DNA of 64,000 nucleotides from Veleropilina oligotropha (Eukaryota): NCBI GenBank assembly GCA_048128005.1, contig JBEUKZ010000022.1, positions 1 to 64,000 of the forward strand, read 5' to 3'. Shown piece by piece: positions 22,039 to 33,525 of this stretch (position 1 is its first letter; each line of letters starts with the position of its first letter). The notes under the pieces were generated by a model. It saw only the letters and a program-made list of their open reading frames with translations, ran no database searches and was not told where the DNA came from. The position numbers and the translations under genes were made by a program.

Positions 22039-23296
22039 ACGCCAGGCCAACGACAACACCACCCACGATGAGTGCGGTTTTCTCCTCGTCATGTGGGGCA
22101 GCGGCCGCCTCAGCATTTGGATGCTTCGGAGTGACTACCGGTATGCTTGCATCTGCGTGGAGAATGACCAGTCCTTTTTCTCCAGTCTCCCCAGTGGCGT
22201 TGGGGGGCGGCACATTGGCTGTGTTGATGGTTGTATTAAGACCTAGGGTCTGGTCTTGTGTGGCAACGACGATCTTGTTGTTATACCCAGCGACCTGCCC
22301 GATTCGTAGAAGCATGTCACTTGGCGCCATATAAAGGCCAACGCCGAAGACGTAGTCCACCTTGGTCCTGGCATACTGCAACACGTCTTGGTACCGTTTG
22401 ATGGCTGATGGCAGATCCACTGGAGATGCGATGGCATCAGCCACGTCTGACAGGAACTGTTTTTGCGCGTCAAATGCTGTACCACTACCCAGAATACTTG
22501 CACGTGTCTGAGCCTGCGCTCCAAGAATCGCCCAGACGTAGGTCCTGATGGAATCGTTGAGCCTTTCCACGCCGGGTTGGGTAAACCCCACCGATTTATC
22601 GAGAATAAACGAAGCCCAGCCGTTTGTAAGCGCAGGCGCTTGCGCGATGTAGTCCACGTGCAGATTCGTGTTGGTCGTACCTTTTGTGAACGACATTTGA
22701 CTGGGATCATACTCATGCCCGATGGAGTGGTAGCCATTGTTCGTCCAGTAGCTGTACGCGGTGCCGAGCCCTTTATTGGGACCGTCGACTCGCCAGTCGG
22801 TATGTGGAGACACCCCAAATTCGCTGCACATCTTCTCATATGCCCTGCGGTCATACGGGGTGTCGAATGCATCCCATGTCATGTCTTGTGGCAGCGGCGC
22901 CTGAATTTCGGACAATACCCTCCTGACCTGATAGTAGACGTGGAAGGTGAATACGGCTCTGGTCAGGGGGTCGGCAGCATTCAAGTGGTCTTCTGAAGAT
23001 ACCCCGGAACCTGTTGTAGCACACCATACCGCGAAGTTAACCTTGTTCTGCCAAAACCGCATGGGCGTGCTGTTCCAATCCCGTATTAGCCGGTCACTCG
23101 CAACGTGAGGGAGGCGGTATTTTTGGAAGACGTTGGGGTATGTTGCCCCGAATGCCGGATGTTCAGACGCTGATACGATGACGTTCGGTCTTGTAAGCTG
23201 CTCATCGTTGATCTTTGCTGGGTACAACCCACCAGTCTGATAGGCCGCACTCCTATTAAAAGCAAAGGCTCTCTTAGCCATAGCTATGTTCCACAC
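22010..23296 (-). CDS. Conserved viral protein with C-terminal TM anchor (intact, ~423-428 aa)
   Basis: Open ORF ending TALIVGGVVVGLAFIWLAS; function unknown. Confidence 0.75.
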   Translation of the reverse strand: MWNIAMAKRAFAFNRSAAYQTGGLYPAKINDEQLTRPNVIVSASEHPAFGATYPNVFQKYRLPHVASDRLIRDWNSTPMRFWQNKVNFAVWCATTGSGVSSEDHLNAADPLTRAVFTFHVYYQVRRVLSEIQAPLPQDMTWDAFDTPYDRRAYEKMCSEFGVSPHTDWRVDGPNKGLGTAYSYWTNNGYHSIGHEYDPSQMSFTKGTTNTNLHVDYIAQAPALTNGWASFILDKSVGFTQPGVERLNDSIRTYVWAILGAQAQTRASILGSGTAFDAQKQFLSDVADAIASPVDLPSAIKRYQDVLQYARTKVDYVFGVGLYMAPSDMLLRIGQVAGYNNKIVVATQDQTLGLNTTINTANVPPPNATGETGEKGLVILHADASIPVVTPKHPNAEAAAAPHDEEKTALIVGGVVVGLAFIWLASPTG

Positions 23297-23941
23297 GGTA
23301 ACGAGTGTTCAAACGGGGACCGCGGTTGCCCTCCTGCAACCGATAGATAACCGGGAAGGCAGCCATGTGTCGGCTTGCGGTTGCTCGACTGTTGGGTCGG
23401 TTGGCATAACGTACACGCTGGAGCCTTCTTCAAAACCCCCAATAACACAGTGAAAGTGGCACCAGGTTTCTACAGCTTCGATTCCCTCGCCAAGACTATG
23501 AAGAGGTCCCTCGCTAACATGCGGCTCGACGTATGCCATGCTACCGGACTCGCGCAACTCGTTGTTCCAGAGGCTACTCGACTCCTGATTAGCGATGATC
23601 TACTTAAACTCCTCGGCTTCAACCTTTCTGGGTGGCTACACCCAGGGACTTATGACGGGAACACGCCGGTAGGGTTCGCCATATCAGCGACCCTGCACGT
23701 TCATCTGGAGCATCTCAGTACCACTGATAACGCGAAAGACGGCACCCCGAGCAATATTCTCGCGGTGGTCCCTATAACGTCGCAGTTGTTCGGTGAAGTC
23801 GCCCACTATCATAGTTATCCGGAATTTCGGCGACTGCAGGCCGGGCTACTCACGGAATTGAAGGTGTACGTCACAGACTCAGACGGTAACTTGCTCGACA
23901 ATCACGGTATGCCTATTTCCGCAGTCCTTGAGATCCGATGA
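23286..23941 (+). pseudogene. Minor capsid protein, copy B (5' frameshift near 23360)
   Basis: Intact C-terminus ...ELKVYVTDSDGNLLDNHGMPISAVLEIR. Confidence 0.7.
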
Positions 23942-24495
23942 GCAGCATCTATGGGACCCTTCTTGCAGAGGAGCCTTCAGCGACCCGGTGGCACTTTGTT
24001 CTTAGTTGTGGAGAAGCCCCCAAGAAAGGGCTGCTGATCAGGGAGTTTAGGATAGACTCGGCCTCTGTCATTGCCAGCCTTGGTATGGGTAGCGCCGGCA
24101 TTGGTCTGTTGTCAACAATCGTTGCAGCACCCGTGGTGTTAGTGCTGGAATTAGCGGCGTTGGGGTGTGGGCTCGCTAGCATGGGTGGTAAATACGTTAG
24201 CCGCCGCCTCCAAGTGAAGGCTAAGAAGCACGACGAGATACGAATACTGGCCGAAAGCAAGCTGAACACCATCAATGACCACGTCTCAAAGGCCTTAGTG
24301 GATGGGGAGATGTCTGATGGCGAATTCCAACTTGTTACAGATGAGATGGCGAAATATCGGACAATGAAAGCCACGGTTCGCCTCAAAAGTCTAAAGGCGC
24401 ACACCGCGGTTTCACAGACCCAAAGCGAGCTAATTGAGCGTGGTCGTAAAGAGGGACGCGCGGAGTTGCTGAAAAAAATCGGAGTTGGGGACTAA
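23938..24495 (+). pseudogene. Deletion-derived in-frame fusion of the 115-aa gene and the two-TM gene
   Basis: About 425 bp of copy A (about 12333-12758) is missing at about 24053, with GGAT microhomology. Confidence 0.8.
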
Positions 24496-24574
24496 CCATC
24501 CAGGTTAATCGTGGGGGGGACTTCCCCCCTCCCCCGTATTAAAGCTAGCACTCAGACAGGGATGAGCCACAACC

Positions 24575-24982
24575 ATGAACTCCATGCTAATTCTGTGCAT
24601 TGCAGCGGTGTCCTGGCTAGCGGGTGTCTCCCCCCAGGCGTCGTCACACGACACTGCACTAATTCTCGAACATACGTGGGCTAGGTACCGAAACCACCCC
24701 ATGTATAACATCCGACTAGACCCCTTGCAGAGAAACTTGCTACGAGACCCCCCTCCAGTTCCCCCACCCTCGTGCCACTACTATGTTGTCGGGGATAATG
24801 ACTGTGGCCCCGACCCAAATACTGTTGTTTGCATCCAGTGTGAACAGTGCTCCCGATGTACGGGAAAGCACGGGCATTATTTCTCCAAGCTATCTACCGG
24901 CTGCTTGGGTGCGTGGAGTCAAATAGGACACCTGTCGGCATGCAACTGCACTTTAGCCACCGGGAACTACATATACATCTAA
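24575..24982 (+). CDS. Putative secreted Cys-rich protein (135 aa)
   Basis: Signal-like MNSMLILCIAAVSWLAGVSP; Pro-rich linker; 9 Cys in the C-terminal half including CxxCxxCxxC and CxC. Confidence 0.65.
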   Translation: MNSMLILCIAAVSWLAGVSPQASSHDTALILEHTWARYRNHPMYNIRLDPLQRNLLRDPPPVPPPSCHYYVVGDNDCGPDPNTVVCIQCEQCSRCTGKHGHYFSKLSTGCLGAWSQIGHLSACNCTLATGNYIYI

Positions 24983-25461
24983 CAGCTGCGGTAGTCCCCA
25001 CCCTCAAACACATTTTCCGTGTCTATTCATAGCCCGTTAGGCCGTCTACTGTCGTTTCTCCCGCGTCTATTCATAGCCCACTGCTCTTATCACCACACGC
25101 GTTCAGCCGTCTACTGTCGCTGCTGACCCATAATTTTTTTTTTTTTGTCAAGCGAGCTTTTATCTGGGTCAGCCAAAAGTTTTGGTCCAGAGCGCAGAGT
25201 TTTGTCAAGAAACTTTTGGCCGGAAGCAGATAAAACAGTTTTGGTCCTGAGTTTCCGGTATATACTGGAAGCTCTGGACAGTTTCGGCCGGAAGCGGACA
25301 GTAAAGGCCGGAAGTGCGTCATATAGGCCTAGGCCTAATAACGTTGAGTCAGCCGGGATGAGTGGACAGTTTTTGTGTTGAGTCAGCCAGCGAGATACGC
25401 GACGCAACCAGGAAGCTACGGCTAATAATAGACGTGGGAGAGACAACAGCAGATGGCCGAA

Positions 25462-25573
25462 CGGGCCGGCGAGGGTAACGGGCCATCCCTAAGGGCTCTT
25501 ACTACCAGCTCTGTTCAAACGGGCATGGGGAGCCTTCTTTTCCCATTCTAAAAAGTCCAATCACCCCCTGCTG

Positions 25574-25575
<2 letters not shown>
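25462..25575. repeat. Right TIR of copy B
   Basis: Direct match to 14190-14304. Confidence 0.95.
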
Positions 25576-25613
<38 letters not shown>

Positions 25614-25725
25614 TATACATACATACACATATACACATATCAACATATACATACATACATACATACCAGTACATACACATATATACACAGATTGATACAC
25701 ACATATATATATATTATATAATTAT
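25576..25725. repeat. (TA)n/(TACA)n microsatellite
   Basis: Seen directly, abutting the TIR. Confidence 0.9.
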
Positions 25726-25759
25726 AATCAAAATTTAACTAAATGAGAATATCTGGGAA

Positions 25760-26900
25760 TTAAGCGATATATGCATTGATCAGATTGGACTTATAAGTTG
25801 ACTTGAAATGTCGTGTTGAGTTTGACTGCTTCAGTGTGGTTTCTAATTCATTCCAGAGACGGGGTCCGCTGTGTTTAAGTGAAAACATATCAGTGTTTGA
25901 TCTGCAAGAGTGTAGATGATAATTTTTTTCATTTAGAGTATTGTAATAATGTATTTCAGAATTTGTTGTAAAAAAGTTATTAAATGACAGGGGTAAATCG
26001 TGTGAGTGAAATTTGAATATGAACGTTCCAATTTGTAATTTATGAATATCAAACAAGTTTAGTTGGTAAAGGCGTTAAAACAAAGGCAATGAGTGATCTT
26101 GAAACGAAGATGACGTTGCCAGCCTTATAGCTTTCTTTTGAAGAAGATGTAATTTAACTAACCTTGGTTTTTAAGTGCTCGCCCACACAACTGTGCAGTA
26201 TTGAAAATACGGCAATATTAAAGTTGAATACAGCATGGGCAATATATATGAAGGTAAGGAGTGCTTTAGTTTATAAAATACAACTATGCTTTTTGATATT
26301 TTACCTTTAATGTTTGTTATATGAATGCTCCAATTTAAACTTTCATCAATTATTACTCCCAAAAGTTTAGTACTCTTAACGCAAGGCACACTGAGGTGAT
26401 CAATTTGTATGGAGTATATCTTTTATTTCATGTGAATATGATTAAATTTGCATGTGAATATGATTAAATTTGTTTTCTTTATATTTAGAGATAGTTTGTT
26501 GACTTTGAACAAAATAAATACTTTCTTAAGTTCTTCATTTACCATAGTTATCATAGTTTGATAATTTTTGTGTTTATAAAATATGGTTGTGTCGTCGGCA
26601 AATATAATAAAGTTTAATATTAAAGATGTATTATTCAGATCATTTATATATATAATAAAAAGAAGTGGCCACAAGATAGACTCTTGGGGAACTCCGCATG
26701 AAATTAAATTCATATTAGACTCTGCAGAATTAATGGAGACATATTGTTTCCTGGTATATAAATAATTTTGAAACCAACTAAGAGATACTCCACGTACACC
26801 GTAAAATTGTATTTTTTTACAAAATTTCGTGATTAACAGTGTCAAATGCCTTGGAAAGATCAATAAATATGCCCATTGTGTATTCTTTATTATCTTGCAT
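25760..26900 (-). mobile_element. 5'-truncated decayed LINE (CR1/L2-group reverse transcriptase)
   Basis: GVPQESILWPLLFIIYINDL, FADDT, KLLGVIID..LNW, GPRLWN; fragmented. Confidence 0.85.
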
Positions 26901-27064
26901 ATGCAATTAATTTTGCGTTAATTTAGTGCACGACTGCTGGAATTACGACCTAACTGAACGTGTTATCTTCTCGTTACAGCTTTATTGGTGACGCATTGTC
27001 AAATGATTAAATATTCGATGATTTAATACAACAATAATTAAATGGTAACTCAACGCATCGATTG

Positions 27065-27785
27065 TAGTCAATGGGCTAGGTACCGAAGTCCTCACCCACA
27101 TAATCCTCCGAGAGTGGCATCATTTTGTTCATGGGATTCATACGAATGCAAATAGACATGTTTCAATCAATTATTTGGCACGCGCTATTCATTATGGGCC
27201 ATTTTCAAAATGGTCGCCATCGAAAAATGACAATTACAAAAAAGCATAATATTTTGCTGTTGTTCGACATAAAAAGTTACATATGAGGCTAGATAATAAA
27301 GATACATGCTTAAAAGTGTGTATAAACAAATTGACATCAAGCACTTTTCAAAATGGCCGCCATTGAAAAATGGAAATATTGAAGAAAAGCACCATATTTT
27401 GTTGTTATTCGAAATTTAATGTTGCGGATTAGGTATTAAATGTTTATAAGTGTTTATAGACTTGTTCGTATCAATTTATTTATAGGCTGTGCTAGGCATT
27501 ATGGGTCATTTTCAAAATGGCCGCCAAGATCGAAAATTGAGGAATTCAAGAAAAACATCAAATTTTGTTTTCATTCCATATCTAAAGTAGCGTATTAGAT
27601 ATTTGTAATAAAGAAAATATATAAAAGTGTATGTAGACATATTCGCATCAATTTAATTATAGACTGCTGTGCATTATGGGCATTTTTCAAAATGTCCACC
27701 ATTGAAAAATTGAAAAACTGAAGAAAGCCTGTTGTTATTCGAAATTTAATGTTGCATATTAGATATTTATGATTATAATAAATGA
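27065..27785 (+). repeat. Left end of an Academ-like non-autonomous element with ~130-bp subterminal repeats
   Basis: Starts TAGTC; repeated TTTCAAAATGGCCGCC units; diverged inverted match to about 51530-52012. Confidence 0.6.
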
Positions 27786-27789
27786 TTAG

Positions 27790-30700
27790 AAGTACAATGG
27801 GGGGCAGGAGATCCCCCACGCACCCCCTCAGCATTCATCTGGATCACCATTTTCTTGTTTATTATGTAGCTGTCGAAATTTTAAAACTTGTATCCACAGA
27901 ATTAAGTGTCACGATCGATTGTGGAAAAAAATACCGACCAAAATGCATCATACATTGCACGAGATTGGGGATGGGGAAACACAAAATGAAAACGCATCAC
28001 GTTTTCCCTTCCTGAATGTAATCATTAGCAATATTTAGATATTTAAAAGCATCTCTTTCTTATTTTAGTCACATTATGGACATATATCATAGGGAATCTC
28101 TAAATTATCAGATATCATTACTTATCCACACCAATCTACTAATAATGTCCTGTTGGTGACTTCCTGCATGCTCATAGTAAAATACTCATAGTTTCAATAC
28201 TATCACAAATGCCACTTTGACTGTTTTGGTCCTGTTCTGCAGCATAGATACAGTAGACAACAACCCATGCTGTCTGTTTCTTAATTCTTGGTTTGACCTC
28301 AATTCAGGAATGCTTTCTTCCCGGGAAATATCGACGGCTTCTCCATTCTTAATCAAACTTACTCTCCTATCATTTTGCACTAATTCTGACCAACAATTGA
28401 GCATTAGCCCAATTAGCTGTTCTTTGTTTTCTTCATTGCACAATAAAACCTTCCAATCGCGGGGTTTCTCGGTGATAGCTCCTTTACTAAGAGTTTGTCG
28501 GAAATACCTCTCTGCTTTCCTTCACAGAATTTTTGCTGTACATGTTAGTACTGATTTTTTGTCAGTACTGATTTTCCATCTTCTATTGTGAGTACATCAA
28601 CACTTGAAAGTGGTTCATCCATTACACCCTTTGTGAGAAATGAACACTCCACTGCCTTGTTTGAATCGTCAGCAGTGCCTATGAGTATGGTACGTGTGTA
28701 AGACAGAACTTCAATGCCTCTGTGATGTTAACTGTGATTTCACTAGAAGCTTGGCGACAATGTTACCTGGGTGCTTGCATTCTACCACTTTGCTCTGAGA
28801 AGATGGCATTGGCCATCGTTTTCAAGTTGGTTCTCTTAATTGGCTCAAAGAAGTCAATGTCATTCTTCTTTAGCCTTAGCGCTACAAAATTTGACCTTAC
28901 TCTAGCCCCTTGCTTCTCAGCTGTAGGAAGATCAATTTCGATGTCAGCTAAACATTCAGCACCTGCGAATATGAATTTAGTCTGTTTCTGTCAATTGAAG
29001 AATAAAATGGGTCGAGGAAGTTGGAAAAGGCCTCTATTGTTTTAACATACTGCTGACCTCTCTTGGTCTCGGCTTTTGATACATCTCTATGTCCATCTGA
29101 TGAATTTTTGTGAACGTCTGCCTTTGCAAATGTTGCAGCCAAGTATTGGGACCGCTCATGTGTGGTGAGGGCCCATCTCTGGTAAGCTGCGTTGTTGTTG
29201 TAATACCAGAGATATCGGCACCACTAGCTCCCCCATGAGACTGAGTGTTTCATGAAGGTTTTCCCCACTGCAGTGCAAGCCACACAGCATCCATGTATGA
29301 CATCCAGAACTGGGCTGTCTTCCCCAATTCACCATTAGCGACATCCTTCCGACTGTAACCAGTGGTATCTGGGTCATTCATGCAATCATGAAGTTTATCT
29401 TGTGTTGGCGATAATTTAATTTAATTCAGTTTCCCTTTGGCTGTTGTCAAAAATATTTTGACCGGAAGTCTTTCAAGACTCTCCAACACAGTTTTGTGAC
29501 ACACCATTGCACGACTGTACTTTTTGCCACTGAGAACACCATACACTGTGCCTGATCCCACAAGCCCGGTTTCAAATAAAACATCTGTTAGGCCACATGG
29601 GTCCATCTTCTTTCCAAGCATGTGGAAATGAGCACATGTTAAGTGAAAGGTTCCAATCAGGACCACATGCATTTGATTCATCTCAAGCTCTTTCCAGATT
29701 AGTGGATATGCTTTCATGCATACCCTAAGTCAAACGTTGTGATTGTTCATTCTTGCTCTGCCTCGTGTGTTGCCTGTTGAATCTCAAACATTCCTTCACA
29801 GTTTTGTACTCTGTGCTAGGTTTATGAATCAGGCGTTGTGGTGAATCGCCTGTAGCAGACACAAAACCACCCCATCCTCTCTCAACATCACCCACAGGAT
29901 GTTTTGCCACTTTGAAACATTAAAGGCCACTAGGCCACCCTCGTGTCTATCCTTTTCCGTTGGACATATTGGACATATTTGGACTATTTCTAATTATTAT
30001 GTATCAGTCAGCGAGGGTATTATCTGGTAGCTCATTTAACGGTCTCTCCTTGGTTCTGAAAACAGTTGAACTTTCAGTGTCTGTTGCCTCTTTGACTGCA
30101 GCATTATCACATGAGCCGTGTGAACTGAACCTGCACCATACAACTAATTGGCAATCTTATTAAAATGATCACATTCAGAGTGAAAAACAGACTGGCCAAT
30201 AGGATTTCGGATGATAATTGCAGATAGAAGAGGAGAACCCTCTTGCACACATTTTGCTATTGTTGTGTCAAGTTCACGGCTAAAACTATACCCTTCACAA
30301 TGGCCAACCTTGTTTAGCAGTGTTAGTAGCTCCTTACTTCGAAACATGGCGAAGTGTCATGCACAGCATATATGTTTGGGCATCGTCCACTTCCCATTTG
30401 TTGCCCCTTTACAAATGTCCTGATCGCTGAATAACACAGCTACATGAGCAATACTGTCATTGTTACCGAATCTATATTCGAACTGGACTGCATCAGCAAT
30501 TTCTACGGTAATGCTGAATATGAGTTGTGACGAATGTTTACCTTCTTCTTTCAAAGGACGTAAATGAGATTTTACTTCCAATGTCGTGCTTCTGCAGTTG
30601 TTCTTTCAATGTTTCGGCTCTATAATCAGGCCTTTGATAGTATGTTGCATTCATTAAACCAGCATAATATCGCAACGCATCATTAAGTTTCATTATTTCT

Positions 30701-31550
30701 TGTGTATCAAAACTCTCTCTGTTATCAAATAGCACTTGTCAAATTGTGAGATTGTTCAATCTCGATTTGTCTCCTTCTCTGTTGGTCATCCTGACTCCTG
30801 ATGTATTGCCCCCTACAAGTCCTACAAGTTACCTCCGAAATACGAGAGCTCTAACAAAGAAAATTAATTCAAATCATGAGCGATTTATATCATAAGCCTT
30901 TGAAAAAATTAAAATAATAGGATTGTGAAAGGTACCACATCATGAAATATGCACTTGATTGTAAGAAAAAGGGTCATGCAACCAAAATCATTACTACATT
31001 TCACAGGCTGAAAGAGAATGAAAAGTGATGTAAAATGGCCTAGGGCATACTGTTCACAATGTCATGAAGTATTACATAATAAATGTTAATAATACAGTCA
31101 ACTACACTAACTACATTTACAGGAAACTCACAATTTAATAATACAAAGTAAAATTTTTCTCTCATAGAATGCAATGCGTGGGAGATTTTCAATAATGGGT
31201 TTAATTGTGGCCTAATATCAGTTAAAAACTTATTTTATGTTGAAAAATCTCCTCTAAGGAAGAATTCGATGAGTAAATAAACTTGTTCATTTAAAATATA
31301 GACAAAGAATACATCCTGGGGTGGGGGAAAGTGATGTGTTTTCATTTTCCGTTTTCCCACCCCCTATATATCTAGCGTAATTTCTAATGTATTTAGGCCA
31401 GTATTGTTTTTCGCCTAAAAAACGTCGAAAGGGACACTTTATTCTTTGGGTTCATGTTTTAAAATTTCAACAGCATCATAATAAACAAGAAAATAGTGGT
31501 CCCGATGAATGCTGAGGGGCTGCACGGTGGGCCTTCCTGACCCCGGACTA
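27790..31550 (-). mobile_element. Decayed Academ-like DNA transposon with ~220-bp TIRs and transposase pseudogene (about 28150-30750)
   Basis: Inverted repeats 27790-28012 and 31320-31550 (ends GACTA). Fragments LNKVGHC, LIGTFH...GL...SGKKYSRA..CHK, and NEENK...LRSNQE (XPG/PIN-like). Confidence 0.65.
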
Positions 31551-32150
31551 AGTGTTTATAGACTTGCTCGCATCAATGTATTTATAGGCTGTGCTAGGTA
31601 TTAATGGCAAGTTTCAAAATGGCCGCCAAGAAAGAAATTTAAGAGTACAAGAAAAGCATCAAATTTTGTTTTCATTCCATATCTAATGCAGCATATTAGC
31701 TATTTATAATGAAGATACATATATAAAAGTGCATGTAGACAAATTATCATCAATTTAATTATAGACTGTTCTGTGCATTATCGGACACTTTCAAAATGAC
31801 CGCCATAAACAATTACGAATACCAGAAAAGCACAATCTTTTGTCGTTTTTCGAATTATAATGCCGAGTATTAGAGATTTATAATACATATAAATGTTTAG
31901 AATTGTTTATAATATATACTTTTTCACATCAGTTTATTTGAAATCCGCTATGTATTATGGGTTATTTTCAAAATGGCCGCCATGATAGGAAAACAGAATA
32001 TTAGAAGAGGAACCAATCGTGTTGTTATTCGAAATATAATGTTGTGTATTAGGGATTCGTAATAAAGATAATTTTTTAAGAGTGCATTTAGTAGCATTTC
32101 TTTTTGTTTGTCCAGTGTCAACCATCTTGATTTTCAAGATGGCCGTCCAT
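31551..32150 (+). repeat. Continuation of the TTCAAAATGGCCGCC subterminal repeat array
   Basis: Direct similarity to 27450-27780. Confidence 0.7.
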
Positions 32151-32591
32151 ATAAAACGGATGTTCCATACGTTTCCTTGAAAATTGCTTAATCTTACTAA
32201 TATGTCAGCAAGTTTAGTGAGAACATCAATCCGTATGTACTTGGTACAGTGATATACGTTATATAATATTTATTTTACAGTGAACATTTCTGATTAATTA
32301 TGGTACACATTATAAAAAAATACATCTTGCTGTTATCTATAGCAATTGTGACATGAAGATCTATCTTATAAGTTCATCATCACTACATGTTGTCTCTACC
32401 GTAGACATCTGGAGGTCTGAGATATAAAATTCGTTATAAAATTCATCAATATTCCACATTTTACTATCTCTTTCAATTTAATTTTTCCACATTCTAGAGA
32501 GTTCATCAGTGGGATATGTCATTGTGGGTTCTGCGCCTAAACTTTTGTCCCCCAGTCCCATTCGATAAGATTAAGCTATGCTAAGCTTCGA

Positions 32592-33248
32592 TTGAAGGAA
32601 TATTTCCATGACAAGAAATCACAAGTATGTGATAACATAACAACAATAGACAAATCATGTAACCACCTTAAGATGTTTTCGTCATGGACTCCACTAGAGA
32701 ACCGAAACAATGTATTCTCTGCGCATCTTTCTGCAGATCCAACATCAACTTACAAAAAGGAACTCGATTGCATATTAACAAATCGATCACCGCATATCTG
32801 GAAACTCATTCAGACAAACACGTCATTGCAACCGAAACCAGGTACGTTTTATTTACTACCTAAAATTCATAAGCAAGGAAATTCCGGTCGCCCTATTGTT
32901 TCTTCAATAGAAACCATTACATATGGTGTATCAGGATATGTCGACCAAATTCTTCAACCACATGTCATCACCTCGCCCAGTTACATCAAAGACACCGCGG
33001 ACTTCATCTGTAAATTGAAAGACGTTAACAAGTTGCCAGATAATGCATTGCTTGTTTTGTTGGATGTGAAATTTCTGTACACCAACATTCCACACGCGGA
33101 TCGTAACGTTATTACATCCAAAAGTTCTGTTGTTGCATGCCAACTTGCTGAATTCGTCTTAACTCATAATTACTTCTCCTATGAGGATCTGGTTTATCTT
33201 CAAGTCGGTGGCACTGCGATGGGGGCACGCATGACTCCACAATATGCC
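32592..33248 (+). mobile_element. Penelope-like element, 5' part of RT
   Basis: FYLLPKIHK..GRPIVS, YIKDT, DVKFLYTNIP, GTAMG. Confidence 0.9.
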
Positions 33249-33525
33249 TGTGAAATACTTGTCTGCAACTCATGGCTGGTGACGATGCAATGACTGCATA
33301 GCTTTATTCTCATTGGATAATAATCGCATCTATTTATAGCAATGCATTTAAGGCAATAACATCACATATCTTTTCCTTGAGATTCGAAGCATGATTAAAT
33401 TTAATAAAATGGCAAAACATATCTAACCTATATTTAAATTATTATGTGTATATCATTATGCTAATGAATAAAGGCTCCTTCAAATGTCACACTGACATTG
33501 ACTTGTATATTGAAGCAATTGAGAG

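Larger units (their letters stand above)
14305..25575 (+). mobile_element. Endogenous Polinton-like virus, copy B (starts at the equivalent of copy A position 2912)
   Basis: Collinear, highly similar repeat of 2912-14304 ending in the same TIR. Confidence 0.9.

Noticed and set aside
714..24404. Many antisense or overlapping ORFs in the viral copies (e.g. 6043-6609, 7099-7746, 10754-11380)
   Set aside because: Shadow ORFs of GC-rich coding DNA with no motifs.
23938..24495. 185-aa ORF as a novel gene
   Set aside because: Chimera made by a deletion relative to copy A.
1..25575. Bacterial or phage contamination, or a pure assembly duplication
   Set aside because: Eukaryotic-type rve integrase, a clean TIR/host microsatellite junction, and many independent substitutions and indels between the copies.
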